From Candidatus Nanosynbacter sp. BB002 (GTDB lineage: Bacteria; Patescibacteriota; Saccharimonadia; Saccharimonadales; Saccharimonadaceae): 32,000 bases of DNA. The stretch covers positions 772,254 through 804,253 of the forward strand of contig NZ_CP146064.1 of assembly GCF_037013405.1 (NCBI RefSeq), given 5' to 3'. The notes below the pieces were generated by a model. It saw nothing but the letters and a program-made list of their open reading frames with translations, had not been told where the DNA came from and made no database searches. Positions 6,461-17,176 of the stretch are shown here, piece after piece; position 1 is the first letter of the stretch, and every line of letters begins with the position of its first letter. The position numbers and the translations under genes are program-made.

Positions 6461-7874
6461 CTCTATCTATTATAGCAAACATAAGCATTGCAACAAAATA
6501 AATATGAAGTGCGTTTGGCAGCCCTGAAAAGAACATCCACTGGAGGACAAACCCTAGTATAATTGGCCAGGCTAGCGCTTTTTTGACGGACATTTTTCGA
6601 CATAAAGCCAGCAGTAGAGATGTCAATAATACAACACCTACAATCCCCAATTCCACTGCCACAGACAAGAATTCATTTTGGACGATTTCAAATTCGCCGC
6701 TCGTCTTGCCAGACTGTTGAAAAATAGCACGTCCTGCGCCACCCGCACCCACACCAACGAGGAACTGTACCGGGTTTTTTGTCCAAACCTCCAAAGCAAG
6801 TTGCGACATACCAGTTCGCTCCTCTGTCGACTTCGCGACATAGCCATCAAACACTGCTTTCGGTGGCGAGTCTGGCATTGCCTGTTGTGAGCTGGCTGCT
6901 GAGGTATTCTCTTGAGGCGGTTGCTGGGGTGTCAGGTCTGGTAAACTAATCTTTCCTAATGATAGATGGTTGATCGATTTGGTGATTGATTGATAAAACC
7001 CATCAGCTACCCTGGGGTTAAGCTGTGTAAAGACTCCGTGCCACATCATACCAAAGGCAAAGCTACCCACGAGCACCATGACAACCACAGCCGAGGACCG
7101 TAGCCAGTTGGTCGATGTACGCCAATTTACTAGTACTACCTGCACCAGCACTGCTGCCATCACTGCATACAGTGCGCCGCGGCTTAGTGTGAGATATAGC
7201 GCCACAAACATCAAACAGAGAGCAACTATGTCATATTTCGTGGCTTTGTTTTGTAGTAGTCGGTAGGAGACTAGTAAAATTGGCGCAATCAATAGGCTCC
7301 CAAAAAACTGTGGTTCAATAGCAAAACCACTGGGGCGCACAAACCCAAATCCTCGCGCTACACACCCATTGCATAACCCCCAATCAAACCAAGCGCCGTA
7401 CGCCACCTGGATAATTGCTAGCAAACTCATCACCACCGCGGTCATAACAGTAACGCTCATCAGCGGACCAACCATTTTCTTGAGCGACGGCAAGCTATAT
7501 ATCACCAGAAAATCGAGAAATAACACACTCCAGAGGCCATTTACAAGGATTGACCTCAGAGGGTTAACTGACCATATGATACTGAGGAGATTCCAACCCA
7601 CAAATACAGCTAGTAGCCAGACAGCTTTTTGTCGCCAGAGAAATTGCCGATGATTCCAAATTTGCGGCAATCCCACTAGTGCCAAAACTACTGCGTAAAT
7701 GACGGCGATTGATAGTTCCAAATTCGTACCGCTTTGCCGACCAAAAGAGATGGTCGGAATATACGAAAACCACAGCGCCACGGGGGCTAATAGCACTAGC
7801 TTCTCCGTGACGCTAGCCGCTACCAGCCACGACGGCAAGCTCTGTCTCACTCTATTTACCAGTCGCATCATCAA
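6432..7874 (-). CDS. O-antigen ligase / Wzy-like polytopic membrane protein
   Basis: 480 aa with about 10-12 hydrophobic segments. It has the 'YLTLSRGALYAV' motif typical of the Wzy_C/O-antigen-ligase family and a Pro/Gln/Ser-rich loop. It overlaps its neighbours by 29 and 23 nt. Confidence 0.65.
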   Translation of the reverse strand: MMMRLVNRVRQSLPSWLVAASVTEKLVLLAPVALWFSYIPTISFGRQSGTNLELSIAVIYAVVLALVGLPQIWNHRQFLWRQKAVWLLAVFVGWNLLSIIWSVNPLRSILVNGLWSVLFLDFLVIYSLPSLKKMVGPLMSVTVMTAVVMSLLAIIQVAYGAWFDWGLCNGCVARGFGFVRPSGFAIEPQFFGSLLIAPILLVSYRLLQNKATKYDIVALCLMFVALYLTLSRGALYAVMAAVLVQVVLVNWRTSTNWLRSSAVVVMVLVGSFAFGMMWHGVFTQLNPRVADGFYQSITKSINHLSLGKISLPDLTPQQPPQENTSAASSQQAMPDSPPKAVFDGYVAKSTEERTGMSQLALEVWTKNPVQFLVGVGAGGAGRAIFQQSGKTSGEFEIVQNEFLSVAVELGIVGVVLLTSLLLALCRKMSVKKALAWPIILGFVLQWMFFSGLPNALHIYFVAMLMFAIIDRVDEKAEYIS

Positions 7875-8991
7875 CTATCCGCTGTAGCTCCTGCTTAAAC
7901 CTCGCGTCCGAAAAATCCTTCGCCGATGCCGAGACCTGCTGTTTATGAAACGTCATACCGTCAAATCGTTGCATTGCCGCTACCAAACTTTCAACTGTCT
8001 GCTCGTCAAAGAACGTGCCATTTTTCCCTTCGTGAATATAATCCAGCGCCCCACCTTGTTTCAAAGCGATCACCGGCACGCCAGCGCTCAGCGCTTCAAT
8101 TGGCGCAATACCAAATGGCTCAATGCTTGGAAAAATAAATCCTTTTGCCTGGGATACCAAGGCGTTCAACTCCTCAGGATTATCAATGCGTGGGATAAAT
8201 CTAATGAGTGGACTATCTCCCGCCAGCTGCTGCAAAATGCCGTGTTCTGCGCCATCACCCACCAACACCAGCCGCTTGCCTGACAACAAACACGCTTTGA
8301 TAGCAATATCTAGACGCTTCCAGTTAACCTGCCGAGAGGTAGTGATGAAAAATTCTTCTTTGGAATTAGCAGTCGAACCAATAGTAAATTTATCGACTTC
8401 CACCGGTGGAAACAACACCTGAGCGGACCGATTATAGTACTTTTTAGTTTCGGCAGCCGAATACGACGAGTTAGCGACCAGCACTGTTGGTCGCTGGGCA
8501 AATTTCCAATCAATCTTGCGCAGCGGCCCAACCAATAGCTTAAAAAAGAACCGTACGATGAAGTTCAGTTTACCAAAGCCAGGGTTTTTGACATAGTCAT
8601 CATACATCCCCCAAAAATACTGCGTCGGCGGACCTTGTAAATAGCAAATTCCTGTCTGATGTGGATAAAGTTTGATACCCTTACTTTCTGCCGTACAAAC
8701 GGTGATGATGATGTCATAGTGACGCAACCGACGATGTAACCGGTTGAAATAGAGCGCCCTGGGTACCGCCAAAATCTTCCTGAGGCGAGCAGGAAAGATA
8801 TTCACCCAACCAACATGAACTTGGCAATCATTAAACCAATTTATCTGCTTGCGAGAGTACTGAGAGGTGAAAATAGGTGCGTCAGGGAATAGTTCATGGA
8901 TGGATTTGACTACTTTCTCCGCTCCGCCATAGGTCGTCAGCCAATCACAAACAATGGCAACGCGCGGCACTTCCCGACCCTCAGAAGCCAT
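7852..8991 (-). CDS. GT4-family (GT-B) glycosyltransferase
   Basis: 'RVAIVCDWLTTYGGAEKV' at the N-terminus and 'FIFPSIEPFGIAPIEALSAGVPVIA' (EX7E region). I chose ATG 8991 as the start because it overlaps the upstream stop as TGATG (translational coupling). The track start at 9057 would add 22 aa that overlap the upstream gene. Confidence 0.75.
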   Translation of the reverse strand: MASEGREVPRVAIVCDWLTTYGGAEKVVKSIHELFPDAPIFTSQYSRKQINWFNDCQVHVGWVNIFPARLRKILAVPRALYFNRLHRRLRHYDIIITVCTAESKGIKLYPHQTGICYLQGPPTQYFWGMYDDYVKNPGFGKLNFIVRFFFKLLVGPLRKIDWKFAQRPTVLVANSSYSAAETKKYYNRSAQVLFPPVEVDKFTIGSTANSKEEFFITTSRQVNWKRLDIAIKACLLSGKRLVLVGDGAEHGILQQLAGDSPLIRFIPRIDNPEELNALVSQAKGFIFPSIEPFGIAPIEALSAGVPVIALKQGGALDYIHEGKNGTFFDEQTVESLVAAMQRFDGMTFHKQQVSASAKDFSDARFKQELQRIVDDATGK

Positions 8992-10397
8992 CACCGAGCT
9001 CCCCGCTGGAACAACACCATCCCAAACGTCTTTACCAAAATACGAATATCCAACCACAACGACCAGTTCTGTACGTAGTACACATCAAGCTGACGTCGCT
9101 CTTCAAAACTAATATCGCGCCTGCCAGACACCTGCGCCAAACCAGTTAAACCTGATTTCACTGCCAAAATGGTGTCTTTACGTTTGTATTGATTGATCTC
9201 TTGAGGGATCAAAGCCCGTGGGCCAACCAATGAGATATCACCTTTGACGACATTCAGTAGTTGCGGCAATTCATCCAGCGAGGTTGCCCGAAGAAATCGT
9301 CCCAACCGAGTGATGCGTGGATCATTGTCTAGTTGATCGCCATTATCACGGTATTGTTTGATCAGCTCTGGACGGCCCATCATGGTAAAGGCCTCTTCAG
9401 GAGTTGTGCCGTTATATTTGGACTTTTGTGAGCGGAACTTATAGATCCTAAACTCGCGGTTAAACCGTGTCAACCTGGTTTGACGGAAGAAAACTGCTTC
9501 ACGTGGGGCGCTCAATTTCATGATGATAGCAACCAACAACATGATTGGTGAGAGCAGCAGTAGCGCCACACTACCAACCACGATGTCCATCAAGCGCTTC
9601 CAGACTCGACCAATCCCAAACAACTGGGTTGCCTGAATTTCTATGATTGGTAGTCCAGCAATGATCTCCACGCTATTCATTTTGGACACCATCCGATCTT
9701 GCTGCGGCACAAACATATAGGTCAGGTGGTTTGACAAAGCGTAGTGATAGACCTCTTGGGACCGTGTGATGTCAGTTTGCATGATGATAGCTGGGTGAAC
9801 TGATTCTACTGCTGTTTTGAAATTCTTAAAGGTTTCAACCCCTTTACCACCATAGCCAGCCACGACACCAACGACATCATAGCCATAATTGATATGTTTG
9901 CCAAAATATTCTGCCAACTCAACAGTTTTGTCATTATCACCAACAATCAACACCTTTTGCCGACCAAAGCCGCGCAAGATCAAAACACTATTGATCAATT
10001 TCACAATCTCACGACCAAGAATCATCAAGATAAAGTTGATGACCACAAAGTATACTGCAATGATTCGTACCGGAAACACATCTTCGCCAGTGAAAAATTC
10101 ATAAGAAATCAGTGCCATCACACTAATCACCGAAGTCAACAGCACACGCATATACTCTTTGGGGCGCGACAAAAATATTTCTCGGTTATACAGCCCAGAC
10201 AAGGCATTGACTATCAGCCACAGTGGTAACAAAGCGACGATCAGCACGACAAAGTTACGAATTTGCGGCACAAAGTAATACACGCGGGTGTCCAGGTGAG
10301 TTCGGTAATAATAAGCTAGCGCAAATGACAGCACCACCATCGCAACATCAGCCAGCAAGAGTAACGCTTTTGAGGTAAACAGGAAATCGCGTTTCAT
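8991..10397 (-). CDS. Polyprenyl-phosphate hexose-1-phosphate transferase (WbaP/CpsE-type initiating sugar transferase)
   Basis: 468 aa. The N-terminus has TM segments, the centre has a Rossmann-like 'KVLIVGDND', and the C-terminal catalytic domain shows 'DELPQLLNVVKGDISLVGPRA...SGLTGLAQV'. Confidence 0.85.
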   Translation of the reverse strand: MKRDFLFTSKALLLLADVAMVVLSFALAYYYRTHLDTRVYYFVPQIRNFVVLIVALLPLWLIVNALSGLYNREIFLSRPKEYMRVLLTSVISVMALISYEFFTGEDVFPVRIIAVYFVVINFILMILGREIVKLINSVLILRGFGRQKVLIVGDNDKTVELAEYFGKHINYGYDVVGVVAGYGGKGVETFKNFKTAVESVHPAIIMQTDITRSQEVYHYALSNHLTYMFVPQQDRMVSKMNSVEIIAGLPIIEIQATQLFGIGRVWKRLMDIVVGSVALLLLSPIMLLVAIIMKLSAPREAVFFRQTRLTRFNREFRIYKFRSQKSKYNGTTPEEAFTMMGRPELIKQYRDNGDQLDNDPRITRLGRFLRATSLDELPQLLNVVKGDISLVGPRALIPQEINQYKRKDTILAVKSGLTGLAQVSGRRDISFEERRQLDVYYVQNWSLWLDIRILVKTFGMVLFQRGAR

Positions 10398-10417
10398 AGT
10401 GCTATTTTACCCCTTAA

Positions 10418-11410
10418 TCACTGAAATCCCAAGGCTTTCTTGATGCGATTCACTTGCTTCAATGGAAGACCGTGATATAACAGTGACTTGATGTAAGTAT
10501 TTGAGACGGTTTTAGTCTTTTGAATACGGCGGCGCTTAGCCAGTGATTTTGGCCACAGGCCTATGCTTTGTATAAATCCTTTGACCGCAAATTTAAAGCC
10601 ACCTTTTGGTATTTGGTACACCATGAACATGAAATATATGAGCGTAAATTTGAACCACATCGGTATGATCATAGGAAATGGTACATTTTTCCAGAATACC
10701 TGCGGCAAGTTTTTAAACACTTGGTTGATGGTAAAGCCAGGAATTTTGGAGCTTGTTGCTGAGTGTTTATGGAAAACTACCGCAGTTTTTTCATACCACA
10801 CTTTCCAGCCGACTAGTTGCATACGCCATGAAATATCAACGTCTTCATTGTACGCGAAAAAGTCCTCGTCAAAGAAGCCAATCTGCTGAAAAACTTTGGT
10901 GCGATACAAGGTTGCTCCACCCGTTGCCCCAAAAAGTAAGCCACTGTCAGGTGCTTGGTCTTTTGGTAAATGCTCCGCACGCAGCGCTGGAATACCCCAG
11001 GTAGAGTACTCATCACCTGCGTCATCGATGAACTTGCCAGTAGTATCTAACATCAAGCTAGTAACCGCGCCAACCTCTGGTTTTTGCTCAAGAGCGCCCG
11101 CCAAATTTTTCAACCAGTCTGGTTCTGGAGCCGCATCATTGTTCAACAAAGCCACCGCATCAAATCCCTGTTCAATAGCCCAACGAATTCCAATATTAAC
11201 CCCGCCAGTAAAGCCAGTATTGTTTGGCTCTTGATGAAAATGGAGATTTTTTATCTTGATTTTCGATAATTCTTTAACCGAATCATCACCCGACCCATTG
11301 TCTATCAAATATATCTCAAAATCTTCATGCGTCTGCTTTTTCATAGCAGCCAAACATTTCTTCGTGTCCTGCCAGCCTTTATAATTCAAAATAACCACTG
11401 CGGCTCTCAT
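10418..11410 (-). CDS. GT2-family glycosyltransferase (rhamnosyltransferase-like) with C-terminal membrane segments
   Basis: 'AAVVILNYKGWQDTKKCL', 'IYLIDNGSGDDS' and 'LLNNDA' fit the GT-A DxD region. I set the start at ATG 11410, which has AGGAG (11416..11420) 5 nt upstream. Confidence 0.75.
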   Translation of the reverse strand: MRAAVVILNYKGWQDTKKCLAAMKKQTHEDFEIYLIDNGSGDDSVKELSKIKIKNLHFHQEPNNTGFTGGVNIGIRWAIEQGFDAVALLNNDAAPEPDWLKNLAGALEQKPEVGAVTSLMLDTTGKFIDDAGDEYSTWGIPALRAEHLPKDQAPDSGLLFGATGGATLYRTKVFQQIGFFDEDFFAYNEDVDISWRMQLVGWKVWYEKTAVVFHKHSATSSKIPGFTINQVFKNLPQVFWKNVPFPMIIPMWFKFTLIYFMFMVYQIPKGGFKFAVKGFIQSIGLWPKSLAKRRRIQKTKTVSNTYIKSLLYHGLPLKQVNRIKKALGFQ

Positions 11411-11427
11411 ATCATCTCCTGTTTTAG

Positions 11428-12477
<1,050 letters not shown>

Positions 12478-12479
12478 TC

Positions 12480-13028
12480 ATGACAGATGTGCCGTCAAAA
12501 ACGAAAGTCAGTAGTAAAATCGTCTACCAAAATCCTTGGATCACCATTCACGAAGATCAGACTATTAGTCAAGACGGAAACACCGGAATCTATGGCTATA
12601 TGGAGTCGCGAGATTCGTGCATGGTTGTAGTGGTAGACGATCAAGAGCGCTTATATTTGGTGCGTGGCTTTCGCTATCCCTCACAGAGCTTTGGCTGGGA
12701 GCTACCCGGTGGTGGGGGCGACAATGAAGATCTATTAGAAGCCTCGAAGCGCGAACTTGAAGAAGAAACCGGCATCATTGCTCAGTCCTGGCAGAAACTA
12801 GGCGAAGCGTATGTTTGTAATGGCCTATTGACAGAGAAAATGGCCGTTTGCCTGGCCCAAAAGCTAAGTTTTACTGGCCAGCGCGAACAAAGCGATGAAG
12901 TGTTTAGCGATATGCGGTTTTTCACGCCTGATGAGATTGATGATTTGATTCGAGATGGCGAGATTAATGATTGCCAAACTCTGGCAGGACTACATTATTA
13001 TCAACTATGGCGAAAGGATACTATATGA
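12480..13028 (+). CDS. NUDIX hydrolase (ADP-ribose/NDP-sugar pyrophosphatase-like)
   Basis: 182 aa with the Nudix box 'GGGGDNEDLLEASKRELEEETGI'. The N-terminal 'IVYQNPWITIHEDQ' beta region is typical of the NudF/NudK class. It starts 2 nt after the rfbB stop, and its stop overlaps the rfbC ATG (ATGA). Confidence 0.8.
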   Translation: MTDVPSKTKVSSKIVYQNPWITIHEDQTISQDGNTGIYGYMESRDSCMVVVVDDQERLYLVRGFRYPSQSFGWELPGGGGDNEDLLEASKRELEEETGIIAQSWQKLGEAYVCNGLLTEKMAVCLAQKLSFTGQREQSDEVFSDMRFFTPDEIDDLIRDGEINDCQTLAGLHYYQLWRKDTI

Positions 13029-13594
13029 GCTTCGATCCAAGCGGCTACAACGAACTAACCGTCACCGAATCACCCATCCCCGGGTTATTCGTCGTCAAAC
13101 TACCAGTCCATGGCGACAACCGCGGCTGGTTCAAAGAAAACTACCAAAAAGAAAAAATGGAAGCACTGGGACTGCCGTCATTTACCATCGTGCAAAACAA
13201 CATCAGCTTTAACGATAAAGCTGGCGCCACTCGCGGTCTACACGCCGAGCCGTGGAATAAGTTCATCTCCACTGCCAACGGCCGCGTATTCGGCGCATGG
13301 TGCGACCTTCGTCAAGGTGACAGCTTCGGCCGAGTCTTCACGCACGAGATTAACCCTGGCACAGCAATTTTCGTGCCCAAAGGCGTTGCCAATGGCTATC
13401 AAGCGCTCGACGACAACATTGCCTACACCTACCTGGTCGACGCGCACTGGTCGCCAGACGCCACATACACCTTTGTCAATCTGTTTGATCCAGCACTTGG
13501 TATCGACTGGCCCATCAGCCAGGACCAAGCAATTATTTCCGAAAAAGACGCTGCTCACCCGTTACTTACAAACGTAATACCAATGGAGGTGTAA
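13025..13594 (+). CDS. rfbC: dTDP-4-dehydrorhamnose 3,5-epimerase
   Basis: 189 aa with 'HGDNRGWFKE', 'RGLHAEPW' and 'PKGVANGYQAL'. I trimmed the start to ATG 13025, which overlaps the nudix stop. Confidence 0.88.
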   Translation: MSFDPSGYNELTVTESPIPGLFVVKLPVHGDNRGWFKENYQKEKMEALGLPSFTIVQNNISFNDKAGATRGLHAEPWNKFISTANGRVFGAWCDLRQGDSFGRVFTHEINPGTAIFVPKGVANGYQALDDNIAYTYLVDAHWSPDATYTFVNLFDPALGIDWPISQDQAIISEKDAAHPLLTNVIPMEV

Positions 13595-13595
13595 T

Positions 13596-14456
13596 ATGGA
13601 TTCAAGTAATATCTTTATCGTCGGAGCGAACGGCCAGCTAGGACGAGCACTTCGTCGGCAATATCCAGAAGCTCAGTTCGCCGACATAGACGAGATGGAT
13701 ATCACTGACCGCCAATCAGTTGAGTCATTCGATTGGTCAGGAATATCAATCGTTTTAAACGCAGCAGCCTTTACTAACGTTGACGGCGCGGAAACACCAG
13801 AGGGTCGCGTAGCAGCCTGGAAGGTTAACGCCTCAGCGGTTGCAAACCTAACTCGAGTTTGCCGCACTCACAACATGACTTTAGTGCATATTTCTAGTGA
13901 TTACGTATTTGACGGGACGAAAGAACCTCATTTTGAAAATGAAGACTTCAGCCCACTGAGTGTTTATGGTGCATCAAAAGCGGCTGGAGATTTGTTAGTT
14001 GAACAACTCGATACGTTTTATTTGCTGCGCACCACTTGGGTGATTGGTGAAGGTAAAAATTTCGTCCGCACCATGCTGGGATTGGCAGAGAAAAATATTT
14101 CACCAACTGTTGTTCACGACCAAATTGGCCGATTAACCTTTACTCGTGAATTGGTGAGAATTATTGACCACCTGCTGTCAACTCAAGCACCATTCGGCAC
14201 ATACAATGCCACAAATGATGGCCCGTTGGAAAGCTGGGCAGACATTACCAGGCAAATTTTTGCGCTAGCTGGGCGCAATGACCTAACCGTTACCAATACG
14301 ACAACGGCTGAATATTTTGCCGGCAAAGATGGAATTGCACCACGTCCATTAGGCAGCAACATGAGCCTTGACAAGTTACATTCAACTGGATTTACTAGCC
14401 GTGATTGGACGCACGACCTGAAAGATTATATACTGAATCAAAAGGAGTTTTTATGA
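13596..14456 (+). CDS. rfbD: dTDP-4-dehydrorhamnose reductase
   Basis: 286 aa with '[12 protein letters not shown]', '[10 protein letters not shown]' and '[10 protein letters not shown]'. Confidence 0.88.
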   Translation: MDSSNIFIVGANGQLGRALRRQYPEAQFADIDEMDITDRQSVESFDWSGISIVLNAAAFTNVDGAETPEGRVAAWKVNASAVANLTRVCRTHNMTLVHISSDYVFDGTKEPHFENEDFSPLSVYGASKAAGDLLVEQLDTFYLLRTTWVIGEGKNFVRTMLGLAEKNISPTVVHDQIGRLTFTRELVRIIDHLLSTQAPFGTYNATNDGPLESWADITRQIFALAGRNDLTVTNTTTAEYFAGKDGIAPRPLGSNMSLDKLHSTGFTSRDWTHDLKDYILNQKEFL

Positions 14457-15310
14457 AAGGAATAATTTTAGCAGGTGGATCTGGAACGCGCCTTTGGCCA
14501 ATTACCCAAGCGATTAGTAAACAGTTAATGCCAATTTATGATAAGCCGATGATTTATTATCCGCTTACCACGCTGATGCAGGCAGGAATTCGCGACATTT
14601 TGATAATCACCACACCAGACGACCAAGCTGGCTTTCAACGACTGCTTGGCGATGGCTCACAATGGGGTATTAATCTCGAATATGCCGTTCAACCCAATCC
14701 AGATGGCCTCGCACAAGCTTTCATTATTGGTGAAGAATTCATCGGTAACGACAAGGTGGCGTTAGTCCTAGGAGATAATATCTTCCACGGTGAGCGCCTG
14801 GATGAGTCTCTACAGGAGTGTACCAATCCTGACGGCGGTACGGTTTTTGCTTACAAAGTGTCTGACCCAGAACGATACGGTGTGGTCGAGTTTGATGAGC
14901 AAAACCAAGCTATCTCCATCGAAGAAAAACCAGCCGAGCCAAAGTCAAACTTTGCTGTTGTTGGTTTGTATTTCTACGATAATGACGTGGTCGAAATTGC
15001 CAAGAACGTCAAACCATCCGACCGCGGTGAGCTAGAAATTACCTCCATCAATGCTGAATATCTCCGCCGCGGCAAATTGCAAGTCCAGACTCTAGATAAT
15101 GGTGATGTTTGGCTAGACACCGGGACGATTGACAGCCTGACCGATGCCTCTGATTTTGTTCGTGTCATCCAAAAACGGACTGGTCGCATCATTGGTAGTC
15201 CGGAAAAAACTGCCTTTAAAAATGGCTGGATCAGCCGAGAGCAGCTTGACACACTCGCTGAACCACTTAAAAAATCTGGATATAGTAACTATTTCACAAG
15301 GTTGTTATAA
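14453..15310 (+). CDS. rfbA: Glucose-1-phosphate thymidylyltransferase
   Basis: 285 aa with '[18 protein letters not shown]', '[16 protein letters not shown]' and 'LGDNIFHG'. ATG 14453 overlaps the rfbD stop (ATGA). Confidence 0.92.
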   Translation: MKGIILAGGSGTRLWPITQAISKQLMPIYDKPMIYYPLTTLMQAGIRDILIITTPDDQAGFQRLLGDGSQWGINLEYAVQPNPDGLAQAFIIGEEFIGNDKVALVLGDNIFHGERLDESLQECTNPDGGTVFAYKVSDPERYGVVEFDEQNQAISIEEKPAEPKSNFAVVGLYFYDNDVVEIAKNVKPSDRGELEITSINAEYLRRGKLQVQTLDNGDVWLDTGTIDSLTDASDFVRVIQKRTGRIIGSPEKTAFKNGWISREQLDTLAEPLKKSGYSNYFTRLL

Positions 15311-15320
15311 TATAGCTAGC

Positions 15321-16025
15321 ATGAAACGAGTTTGTGTTATCATACCTGCCTACAACGAGGGTGCGGTTATTCAGGACGTTATCAAGAAATCCAAGAAGGT
15401 TTTTTCAAAGGCACATAAATCCTATTCTATTGATATTGTGCTTGTCAATGATGGATCAAAAGACGACACACTTAAGCAAGCACAAAAAGGTGGTGCGATC
15501 GTCATTGATCACATCTTAAACTCTGGTGCTGGCGGCGCTACCCTGACTGGGCTTGCCTACGCACGACAATACGGCTACGATATCGCTACCACCATGGATG
15601 CTGATGGGCAACACGACCCAGAGGATGTTCTAGTGGGAATCAGGCAGAGCGACACCTCTGATACCGACTTACTCATTGGCAGCCGACTCATCAACAGTGA
15701 GGGTATGTCTAGGACTAAGGTTTTAGGAAATAAAGGTCTCAGCTTCATCACTTATGCTCTGTTTGGTATCAATGTCACTGATTCACAGTCCGGTCTACGA
15801 GTTTACTCGCGAAAGGCAATTGACAACCTTGACTGGAAATCAACTGGCTATGAATTTTGCTCAGAAATGATTTGGCGTGCTAAACAAGCAGGTATGATTA
15901 TTTCCGAATACCCGATTAAAGCAATCTATACTGACTACTCCCGTGCCAAAGGTCAAAACAACTGGAACGCTATTAACATCGTCAAACGACTATTCAAGCA
16001 ACGACTAACGGAGCTATTCGAATGA
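15321..16025 (+). CDS. GT2 polyprenyl-phosphate glycosyltransferase (GtrB / dolichol-P-glycosyl-synthase-like)
   Basis: 234 aa with 'VCVIIPAYNEG', 'VLVNDGSKDDT', 'TMDADGQHDPED' and 'DSQSGLRVYS'. I trimmed the start from the track's 15144 to ATG 15321, 11 nt after the rfbA stop. Confidence 0.8.
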   Translation: MKRVCVIIPAYNEGAVIQDVIKKSKKVFSKAHKSYSIDIVLVNDGSKDDTLKQAQKGGAIVIDHILNSGAGGATLTGLAYARQYGYDIATTMDADGQHDPEDVLVGIRQSDTSDTDLLIGSRLINSEGMSRTKVLGNKGLSFITYALFGINVTDSQSGLRVYSRKAIDNLDWKSTGYEFCSEMIWRAKQAGMIISEYPIKAIYTDYSRAKGQNNWNAINIVKRLFKQRLTELFE

Positions 16026-16372
16026 GATATCTTATCCTTGTACTACTTAACGTGCCCATTATTCTGGCAGCACTAATCAATATCATCACTCAATACAAAC
16101 TACGCAAGGTCAGCACGGCACGCTTTCGCCATCAGCTCATTATCTGGTTGGTTATCATGATTGTTCTGGTGGGATCGTTCCCGATGTATAATATCTCACT
16201 TGGACATCCACCACTTGATTCATCGGAACTTAGCCTATTTGATATCCTGCAAACTACCACTATCATCCTCCTGTTCTACATCGCTAATACACAGCGCCAA
16301 CGTATCGACCAAAATGAGCGTAGACTGCGCGATTTACATCAAGAATTATCGATCAGATTGTCTAAAAAATAG
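16022..16372 (+). CDS. Small membrane protein, DUF2304-like (usual partner of GtrB-type GT2 enzymes)
   Basis: 116 aa with 3-4 hydrophobic segments followed by a charged helix 'QRQRIDQNERRLRDLHQELSIRL'. It has a 4-nt overlap with the upstream GT2. The family call is from memory of the architecture. Confidence 0.5.
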   Translation: MRYLILVLLNVPIILAALINIITQYKLRKVSTARFRHQLIIWLVIMIVLVGSFPMYNISLGHPPLDSSELSLFDILQTTTIILLFYIANTQRQRIDQNERRLRDLHQELSIRLSKK

Positions 16373-16381
16373 GTGTATTAT

Positions 16382-17176
16382 CTAGCCTGTAATCATTCTT
16401 ATCTTTGAGTCATCACCCCAAACTGCCGGCGAATCATACGGCCTGTCCGGAAACGCTCCATACTGCAATTTGATATGATAGTGATTGTCTTGTATGTATT
16501 GTTCAACCCGCTCAGCTAGACTAACTGGTTTACCAGAACAAATATTGATTATTCCCGTTACCTTATCTTGAGTGATAGTCGCTAACACTTGATCCGAAAA
16601 TTCATCAATATGCAAAAAATCATATTTATTTTTGCCTGTCGTGAAAGGAAATTCGGTTTTACCGTCAGCAGCAGCTTGTGCGATTTTGGAAAATATCGAG
16701 TGGCCGCCCATATCATCGCCATAGATATAAAAACCACGCAGCCAATATAAGCTAATGTCGCTATCTTTTGTGAGCAGCATCATACTTTGCCGCAAGGCAT
16801 TTTTGGCAACACCGTATTGAGACAGCGGATCGCACGGTGTCTGCTCATCGATTGCGCCTTCCCAGTACCCAACCTCATGCATGCTACCCATCACCGCCAC
16901 ATTCTTGCCGCCACTGTTGATATATGACCGCAAAAAATCGTAGTGATGAGAGAGATTTTTCATATGTTCTGGTGAATTGTGTCGAAAGCCATCTCGCCAA
17001 GCTAAATGCAGTAAAATATCAGGTTTTTGTAACGCTTCAAATATATTGTCGTGTTGAGCAAAAATATCGATATCGCTCGATCTATCAATAGCTACCACCT
17101 CATGGCCATTCTTTTTAGCTAGCGCAGCAATGTGACGCCCGATATATCCACTTGCTCCAGTGATAGCAATTTTCAC
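16382..17176 (-). CDS. NAD-dependent epimerase/dehydratase-family SDR (short form, 264 aa)
   Basis: 'MKIAITGASGYIGRHI' is a Rossmann GxxGxxG motif and 'YGVAKNALR' is a YxxxK motif. It has a 4-nt overlap with the upstream GT2. Confidence 0.7.
   Translation of the reverse strand: MKIAITGASGYIGRHIAALAKKNGHEVVAIDRSSDIDIFAQHDNIFEALQKPDILLHLAWRDGFRHNSPEHMKNLSHHYDFLRSYINSGGKNVAVMGSMHEVGYWEGAIDEQTPCDPLSQYGVAKNALRQSMMLLTKDSDISLYWLRGFYIYGDDMGGHSIFSKIAQAAADGKTEFPFTTGKNKYDFLHIDEFSDQVLATITQDKVTGIINICSGKPVSLAERVEQYIQDNHYHIKLQYGAFPDRPYDSPAVWGDDSKIRMITG

Noticed and set aside
16373-16381. Expected terminator between the convergent DUF2304-like and SDR epimerase genes
   Set aside because: The gap is only 9 bp and I found no stem-loop in or around it, so no terminator is called.
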